The notes beneath the pieces are model-generated. The model was not told where the DNA came from and did no database searches. It was given only the letters and a program-made list of their open reading frames with translations. DNA of 57,724 bases, counting the filler, from Sphacelaria rigidula (taxonomy: Eukaryota): assembly GCA_964200075.2 (NCBI GenBank). It is 6 parts of 6 records of this genome, joined end to end, with 100 filler letters (N's around TTAATTAATTAA, not from the genome) between each part and the next. Parts side by side here need not be neighbours in the genome. Positions count along the whole stretch, not along the records: positions 48,189 to 57,724 come from CAXNAA020008272.1; 5 more parts are not named here. One strand, given 5' to 3'. The position numbers and the translations under genes were made by a program. Below are positions 49,677 through 57,724 of this stretch, piece after piece (position 1 is the stretch's first letter; every line of letters starts with the position of its first letter).

Positions 49677-51044
49677 CTACGTTTTTAATTATTTGCATTT
49701 TTCATTTTGGTTCGAAGAGGATTATGTCAGCGAGAAATGCAGACGGTGGCGAAGAATGAAACATGGATAACGGACAGGCTACCTTTAAGAATGATGTTCA
49801 GCTCATACGATGAGGTGCAACCCAGGAGCAACGTTCCTCCGGACCTAAAAATGATTAGTTACAATACTCTCTTTTTCGGCCTAATATAATAGTATGGCTC
49901 GCGTAAGTACATTTTTCGCGGCTTTCGAACCGACTCTGGATACCCGCGCTCATCGAAAGCGTACTTTTGCGTCGGTTTTGAGGTGGTGAATTCTGCAGTG
50001 GAGGCGACTTCCGCACTGCGATGTAGACGTACAGAGTTGATGGAAACCGCGGGAGGCGTACCGATGCGATCGAGGGTAGTTATGTTGACGAAAACTTCAA
50101 GTCTGGCTCGAATTCACTTGGGGATGGGGAACGCGCTGTTTTGGGGTAGATTATTCACAGATGGCGTTGACAAATGACATTATCAGTCGTGGTCGACATG
50201 ATGTATCACAAGTTTTGTTGCCCTCTGATCGTTAAATGGTAGCCCATGCGGATGAAGGGTGTAACGTATATTGCGCCTGCTGGCTTGCCCGCGTGATGCT
50301 CACGATGTGCTGGCATTGGATGCTTAGTTTGTTGATCCTCCGCTAGACTCAACAGTTTACAGATGGCAAGACTCACAGCATGTCCACCGTTTTGCATGCC
50401 GTAGATAGCGCGCAAGGTGTCGTCTCCATTAGTACATTTTAGTACTACAGCTTTTCGCCGCAAGTTTACATGACTCCCGTGGCGGGGCTGCCGTTGACCT
50501 CGTGCTGCATGCAAACTCGTGTTGTAACCGTCTCTTCTCGCTTCTTCTCTAGGGGTTTACAGATGACCAAGAAAAGGAAATCCATCAGAGGCACTACATG
50601 GTTGCCATCATTCAATACAGTGGTGTACTACTGTACTGCGTTTCACTTTTCCCGGAGCATGACCCAACGGCGTGGCTGACAGTGAACCCGTGTCGTTTGT
50701 TCTTCCGCACCATTATCGGCTCGACTGGACAAGTTTGCATACAACAGGAATCGATCTGACACAACAGGTACCTAGCGTGCAAAGTACTTGTGGGTACTGT
50801 CTGCACTGCGCCGACGCGTGATGATATTGATTGATAGATTGATTGATCGTCGCAGTTTAACTGATCCCCCAGGGGTATAGCCGTGGTGTCATGGTAGACG
50901 TACCCAACAAAAACGAAACTGAAACACGCTCTGAGAAAAAGAAGGAACAGAAACACAAAAAGAGGGTCGAACAGAACGATATAGCAGACTAAGTCGTAAC
51001 ACACAATATATATATAAATATATATGTATATTGTTTGGCCTTGC

Positions 51045-51234
51045 CTGCATGACCCCCACGACGGGGCTAGCGTTAAACTTCTTGTTGTAGTTCTCCTCTC
51101 GGTTCAGCAGTTCTCTCTTAAAAAACGCCATCTCTTCCTTCGTTCTGGCCACCAGGAGCTCCTGCTGAGCGACCTTTGCTTCGAGCGACTGAATGTTCGT
51201 GAGGTCTTCTTGGCGGCTGGGTCGGTGCTCATAC
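51045..51234 (-). CDS. FAM184A: FAM184-like coiled-coil protein, conserved C-terminal exon
   Basis: RPSRQEDL...FFKRELLNREENYNKKFNASPVVGVMQ resembles the FAM184A/B C-terminal motif; acag|G acceptor and CAG|gcaagg donor. Confidence 0.82.
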
Positions 51235-51450
51235 CTGTTTTGTTTACGGGAAAACAGAAGAATAAAACATTCAGAAGTAACTGCCTGAGACCGCCAAATA
51301 CAAAAATACAGAACTGCCAAGTACAGTAACCTGAGAGCACTGTCTGTACGCTTCCACTGAGATTCTGGCTCATCTGGTTAAGATTTCAGCATAACCAATT
51401 GAAAGTGACCGTGGGAGTAAAACGACCAGAATGAACGAACAACATGGATT

Positions 51451-51713
51451 CACACGTCGGACAGCTCATGAGCTACCTAAGTAGTACTCCTTATGACTGT
51501 ACTGATCGAGATCGATCATGGGCTAGCTCATTTGGCCCCTTTTCCCACTTTCGCTCCCTGCAGCGCCGGACGCCGAGCACACGGAGTAGCGCAAAGGTAG
51601 CGCTTTGACTTCTCGGACCCGCTGTCACGTATGCCGTTGTGTTCTTGGAAGAAGGATCTGGGAGACCTTTTCGATTATTTATCTTAGGTAGTTATTGATA
51701 TGTCTGGCGTGTG
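51451..51713. mobile_element. Intronic MITE, CACACGTCGGACAG family (older copy)
   Basis: Colinear with 33467-33735; right TIR degenerate. Confidence 0.82.
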
Positions 51714-54700
51714 TTGGCTTCGTAGTCCCAGGAAATCATGCGGAAACGCTCTACGCCAAAACTCGCGCTCACTAATGAATGGCGCCACAGAAAGGATGCA
51801 CGAAAGAATTGTCGAGTTTGAACTGTCAGGGGCCCAATGTCTCATTAAAAAAAATTGACTAATGAAGTATTTATGAGAGCGCGCCACGGTCAGCATTCCA
51901 CTGGGCTAGGGATATCTCGAATGACGATTCAAACGAAATGTCCTGACCCATGTTCTTGTGTTGCCCCTAAATTTAGGACTCCCTCAATGAGAAACGTCCG
52001 GGCCCAAGAACGCAGCCCCTATCGTGGCATGCTGACTCTAATCTATATTTTTTCATCTTGGTCTGTTGCTGCCAACACCATGCAGCTCCATATGTATGTT
52101 CGTATTCATAATAAATAATGAATGCACCAGCAATGCGCACACAACAGATGATACAGGCACAACGCACAGTCCCGGCAGCGGGGGCACACTTAACTAACTC
52201 ATGGGTTATGGGGTTGAGAAAGCATAGGTCAAAACGAGACGCGACAGATGCGAAAAAGTGGATAGAAAGCAAAATCAACCATGCAATTATGCCAACAGAG
52301 CACGCAGTGTATGTTCGCACGGTATACGGCAAGACAGCGCCAGAGTGGTTCCTAGGGCATTGCAATAGAGCAGCAGGAATTAAACAAGCTCATGATGATG
52401 GTACAACCGCAGCAATGTATATAGCCAGAAGTATGGCGATAAAACAAACAAACAAACAAACAAACAAGAGAGAAAACATCGTTAAAAGCAAGGAGGCCAC
52501 GTGTTCAATTTTTTGTTTGTCGTTGAACACCTACGTCAGGGCGGACCTTATTTTGTTTTTGCTTCTTCTTTTCTCGTTGAGTATTGAACGTGCTGCCATC
52601 TCGAGACTTGTTTCTTTCCAGTCATGCCACGGTATCGAGTCAGGAGGCGTTTCGAGGTATTTTGTATTGAAAGGGATCTCTTTCAGGTATCTCCACTTCA
52701 TGCCGCAAACTATCCATTTTGACGAATAGATGATGCTCTTGTTATCAACGTAATACACCCACACACAAAATAACACTCACCCACACACAGAAGGCACACA
52801 TACACACACATATGTTTGCACACCGCACTTTAGAGAGCGACACCCTCGCTCACGACGACGCAATATACTTGCCGCGAGACCAAAGGCGTGATTGCGGTTG
52901 GTAGTATGTCACACCGGAGAAGGAGTCCTCTGCATTACAAACCATATTACCGTACCCCACATCGACCGAACTAGCGGCACTCGTTCATGTGATAGCATCC
53001 ACCAGCCAGGTCGACTGATTGATGAGCCATGCCGTTAAAATCGCAGTGTGTTTCATTGAGACTGCATTGTTGTATACTACAATTCTATGTCAGGCCAGTA
53101 GAACATACTGCTCGTTTTGGAACCGATCGTTTTTCAGTTTCGCTGTTCGACGTTATTTGGTACAGTACAAGGTCACAGTCCGCCATTCGCTATTTTCTGA
53201 TCAATTTCTGCAACATGCTCTGCATACGGTCAACAGCCTCTGAAATTGGTGTGGTGGTGTTACTATGATTTATTGGGGCTCTTGTTGGCGAAGTGACGTG
53301 ACGGTGTGCGTGGCTGGAGCTCATGCTCCAGATTGTGTGCGCACCCCCGCATTTTTGTCCGAGCGGGCAGGTACCGGGGAAGCGAACTGCGTTGCCCCCC
53401 CTTTCTCAGAGAGCTTGTCGTGATTCAGAAACGCGTCGGGCTACCCACCTCCGATTAATCTCCGATGGTTGTGTATATTTTTGAATTGTGTGTCTTTCAG
53501 CGTCTGTGGACATTCAACCACTCGATAACAGTCGGGTTGTTCCGTAGATCGTTGGGTCGGTGAAAACAATTGCTGTATGACTTGACCGTCAACCAGACGT
53601 ACTTGTCAACATGTGACGCATTACACAAATATGTGCCGAACATTGACTCGTCCACAACGGGTTGGTTTTTCGGTCTCGCGCGTGTTTGTTCTTAACGTGT
53701 TGTATCCAGGGGAAGGTCTATTTTCCTGCGGGCGAGTCGCTTGCACGCTGTTGGCTTTTGCTGATGGATGAGACTGATGACTAGCACACACTGACTGCTC
53801 CGTGATGTAAATATCTCGGCAGGTTGCTTGCTTGTTATTCCTATCAATGAGCTGAAGATATGTGAAATACCTCAAAGACTGATCTGTCCTCGGAATGATA
53901 CAGTAATGGGCATATATAACGATAACTTCGATCAAATGTCTACAATTTATTTGGCGGGTCTATGAAGGCTGACGACATTGGGGGACGTTCTTATTTCAGT
54001 TTTCCTCCGCGTTTGTTTTGGTCGTAGTCGAAACACCTCAACGTGTTCGCATCGATAATACTTTGAACTCCTGGTAATAGAGTGTACACTGGTTCGACTA
54101 TAACTTAGTGTAAAGGTTTTGTGGTGCGGGAGTGGGGTTTGACTTGTAATACCTTCGTTCCCCCTCATGAGGAACTGCTCTCGCTACAAGCCAGGGTGAG
54201 CTAACGTTAAAATGGGCTAGTATTATGCACTGACCTTCCGTCATACCCCGCGGTTCAAATGGATAAGACCAGCGAGTAGGAGAAGTGGATTTCTAGGCGA
54301 GTATTTATTTGCAAGACATGGATACGTGCAAGATGTGAATACGTCGTTGGATACCTCTGGTCATTATAGTCCATTGAATGGCGAGTTGTTGGACACCTCC
54401 GGTCGCTGTGATACCTTGAATTGAACGCCCAATGGAAGCTACCGATAGATAAAAGTTGAAGCGTCAAGACGCTTGAAGTTCGGTGTCGTGGATGACGCGC
54501 CAGAACTGTGGAAAGACTAGAGTAAGGTGTTATGCATGTAGCAGTCAACGAGAGGGCTACCCCCCTAGACCACTATGTTTTTACCCTACGTTTCCTAGAA
54601 GTCATGAATTCGAAGGGTAATCGCTGCGCATCCGACTTTTAGCTGCCTGCAGGTGAATTGATCCGCACCGATTTTGTTTTGTACTCTATTTGTTTGACTT

Positions 54701-56059
54701 CGATTGCTCCCTATTCAAGATTTTATCATGCTGCGAAGATACGCGTGCGTATCGAGGGACCTTTGACTCGCTAAGCAGCATACAAGGAGTTGATCCTAGG
54801 CACGGCTGCAACTCAACTGTCTTCCACCAAATTGGGTGTCTAACAGGACTACAACATCCGTCCAAACGCTACGACTAGTAGTATCCACGGGTTTCAAGGT
54901 GATGGAACATGGAATATCCCACATTCATAAATGTGCGAATGTTGAGATAGCTAAGAAGCCACAACTCGCTTCCGCGGCAATGCCTCTCGCTCCGCTTCTT
55001 CACATGAAGCCCTGGTAAGGGTCTGTCGGGGATGTTCTCAACACCGACACTGCTGCTGAATCTATCGATCTAAGACTGGCGTTTTGCTTGTTTTCTCTCA
55101 TGTATCTTCCTGTCTTTCATGTTCATCTCCTCCATTATCGTTTCTTCCATTGTTCTCTCTATTCTTTTGTCATGCCCCCCTCTTTCTCGAGCTTCCTCTT
55201 TTCTTCAGCAAATGCTTCCATTCGTTCAGCTTGTGACCACTGCTGGATGCTTTCGGGATTTCTTCAATATACCGCCCCCAACTTATTCCCCACGCCCGGC
55301 GGTGATCTAATGGTACAAGTTACACCACCAAGTCGGAAAGTGCAAGTTCGATTGCGGTATATGCATTTGAGTTTCTTTTGAGGAATTCGTCTCTTTTCCG
55401 TCGTCGAATGCGTGAGAATGTCAGGGGCAAAAACCCTTCATGTGACGAAAGTCCGCGCGGTGCGAGGGTGCTTATCTCACCCTTAATATCCAAAAATGTT
55501 AGGCGCATACGAAGGAAGAAATGGGGTGATCTTCTGAGACCACGGATTGGTCCCGAGGAAATGCAGGGGATGAAATTTTGCCGAAAAATAAACAGATAGT
55601 CAACCAATCAGCCAAATGGATCAAAATAGTCATCAACGGTTCGACAAGGAACTAAATGCCTGGCTTGTGCAGGATGATTTCACGTCAACCCCTGAGTATC
55701 GTTTTATCGAGCGATAAGTATCGAAAATTGGATGATTTCCTGCGTGGTGATGCGCGTGGCATTTAAGACATATGTCTATATTGGTTGGTTGTCGCACATT
55801 AACATTAAGTGACCCTCGAGGAATCCAGCTGCACTCGTATATGAGATAGACGTTCCCAAGGTGAATGGAACTCGAGAACGCGGAGACATGAAGAATGAAA
55901 GGTGAAACAAACAGAGTAAACCGAGAAAACCGAGAAAATGATCAAACAAAAACGGGGGATAGGATAAAATGGGAAGAAAATGAAAAATACATATAAAATA
56001 GAACTCAAACGTACACCTGGTACCAGTCCCGAGAAAGATAATTTCAAGAAAAATATCAA

Positions 56060-56092
<33 letters not shown>

Positions 56093-56280
56093 AAATCATA
56101 ATGACGATAATAACAATAACAATAGTATTGAGAATCATAACTTTACCATTAATTATGTTATCATCATTATCATCATCAATGTCATTATCACTGTATTATA
56201 ATCATTGTCATCATTATTATCACGATACCATTGTGATAATAATTCCTTTACTGATATTACTATTATTACTGCATTTATTA
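56060..56280. repeat. (AAC)n / (ATC/ATT)n low-complexity tract
   Basis: Direct observation. Confidence 0.85.
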
Positions 56281-56508
56281 CTCAGAAGAAGAAAGAAAAG
56301 AAACAAGATGGCTGCCCCCTACCATATGGCTTCAAGTAGGAAAGCATTACGAAGAAAGAAACCAGGAAAAGGCCATGGGATCCATCACGGCTTAGCCATT
56401 TGAGAATCATCTTACTTGGACATGAACCCTCACCCACGACGTGTGCAAGAGTGAGACACAAACACAGCAGCAGCAACAGCAGTAGCAGCAGCTAAAACGA
56501 CAACAAAC

Positions 56509-56598
56509 CTGAGCTCGAGACGACGCTGCTCCTGTTGGAGAGCGTCGATGCGCTGACCAAGGTTCTCCTCTTTTTCTTTGAAGCGGCTTTCGGCATCC
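56509..56598 (-). CDS. FAM184-like protein exon (DAESRFKEKEENLGQRIDALQQEQRRLEL(R))
   Basis: gcag|G and AG|gtttgt; phase-2 join to 51234 gives ELRYEHRPSR; coiled-coil composition. Confidence 0.8.
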
Positions 56599-56743
56599 CT
56601 GCGTTCATTCACCCCGGGAGTCGCACACGGCCACGGCAAACGCGGCGACCAGAGGCACAGTACGGTTTGTTTTAAGTTCTTTTCCATACACAGCGATGAT
56701 CAAGGGAACAGGCGGGAGTCATCCCAACCTGGAGAGGGGGGGG

Positions 56744-57176
56744 CGTACTCCTTTGTTGCTTGCCTTAGTCGTTTGGCCATTGACCACGCATCCCTTTCGA
56801 GACGGAGCACCGTTCCTACTCCCAATAGAGCCACCTCCAACATCCCAACGCCCATTACGTTTCTTCCATACATTACACAAAAACCTTTTACATATCTTAT
56901 CCCCGTCCTGTTTCGTCGTCTATGGCCACCATCTATCTCCTAATATAGCCATTGTTTTCTCCCTTCTGTATAATGCATCAAACGATCTCATGCTATCTTC
57001 GTTTACGTCCCGCATTTCCCCCTCCATCACGTCCCGTTCCTCCTCGTATAGTTCACATTCTGCCACTATATGACTTCTGCTCTCTATTCCTTTGCCACAG
57101 GGGCAGTTGTGTCCATCTTCTTCCTCCTCCTTTCGACGACTGCTATATCTCTTTCTTCTTTCTGGCAGGTCCAGGT
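56744..57176 (-). mobile_element. 5'-truncated LINE (family 1), ~430 bp, with TSD
   Basis: Matches 37925-38350; TSD AACCTGGAGAGGGGGGGG at 56726-56743 and 57177-57194. Confidence 0.92.
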
Positions 57177-57656
57177 AACCTGGAGAGGGGGGGGGCGATA
57201 ATCCATCCCGAGTTGAGAGGGGAGTGTCAATCATTACCCGAAAGCAGATCCTCCGAGCAACCGCTTGGTAACACATACACTCACCACGCTGCCCCCACAC
57301 CTTGGAATGGCTCTTCGCAAACATTTGAGGAATTTTTACGTTGTGGGTCGGCGACGGCAGCTTGCTACTACCAACTCGTGACAGCCTGAACCGACGGCCT
57401 CTTTCGTCCCTGCAACAATTTGGTCACCTCCCCGCCCGCGCCCCCTCGCGAGCGTGGGGTCGCTCGCGGGTACTGCTGCGGCAATACAACGGAGGGCATG
57501 GTGTCGCGGGCAGATTTATCCGACGTCAAGCGCACCCTTCGAGTCCGTTATGTCTCTCAACACACCGAGACAGACCATCCATACAATCATCTAGTTCCGG
57601 GAACTCTCCCCCTTGTTTCTTCTCGGAGTAACTTCTCACAGTCTTCGATGTACGTA

Positions 57657-57724
57657 CGTATGTATGTATGTATGTATGTATGTATGTATGTATGTATGTA
57701 TGTATGTATGTATGTATGTATGTA
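57657..57724. repeat. (TATG)n microsatellite
   Basis: Direct observation at contig end. Confidence 0.95.

Noticed and set aside
53258-53530. Possible solo LTR (TGTTA...TAACA)
   Set aside because: TSD match is poor and there is no second copy in the window.

Overview
This is eukaryotic, repeat-rich, intron-rich DNA, most likely from a brown alga (Phaeophyceae); that is inferred from gene content (WSC/beta-helix protein) and exon style, not from a database. The window is not one locus. It is six contigs of 9538, 9538, 9538, 9538, 9536 and 9536 bp joined by identical 100-nt spacers (44N-TTAATTAATTAA-44N). Host genes appear only as spliced fragments that the ORF track mostly misses: two exons of ATP phosphoribosyltransferase (HisG, contig 2, minus); two exons of a Pro/Ala/Thr-repeat, probably extracellular protein (contig 4); four exons of a beta-helix + WSC-domain protein (contig 5); and the last three exons of a FAM184-like coiled-coil protein (contig 6, minus, with a GC donor). 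Most of the rest is transposon debris: a degenerate Ngaro/DIRS-type tyrosine-recombinase retrotransposon (contig 3), a degenerate APE-RT LINE (contig 4), a Ty1/copia gag with a likely 5' LTR (contig 5), tRNA-derived SINEs, and several MITE families with recognisable TIRs and TSDs. The most unusual signal is a LINE family that ends 4-5 nt after its stop codon in a poly(C) tract rather than poly(A). Its clean insertions carry ~18-bp TSDs that start with a C-run, suggesting poly(C)-tailed retroelements that target G/C homopolymers. A second, unrelated repeat family has the same terminus.
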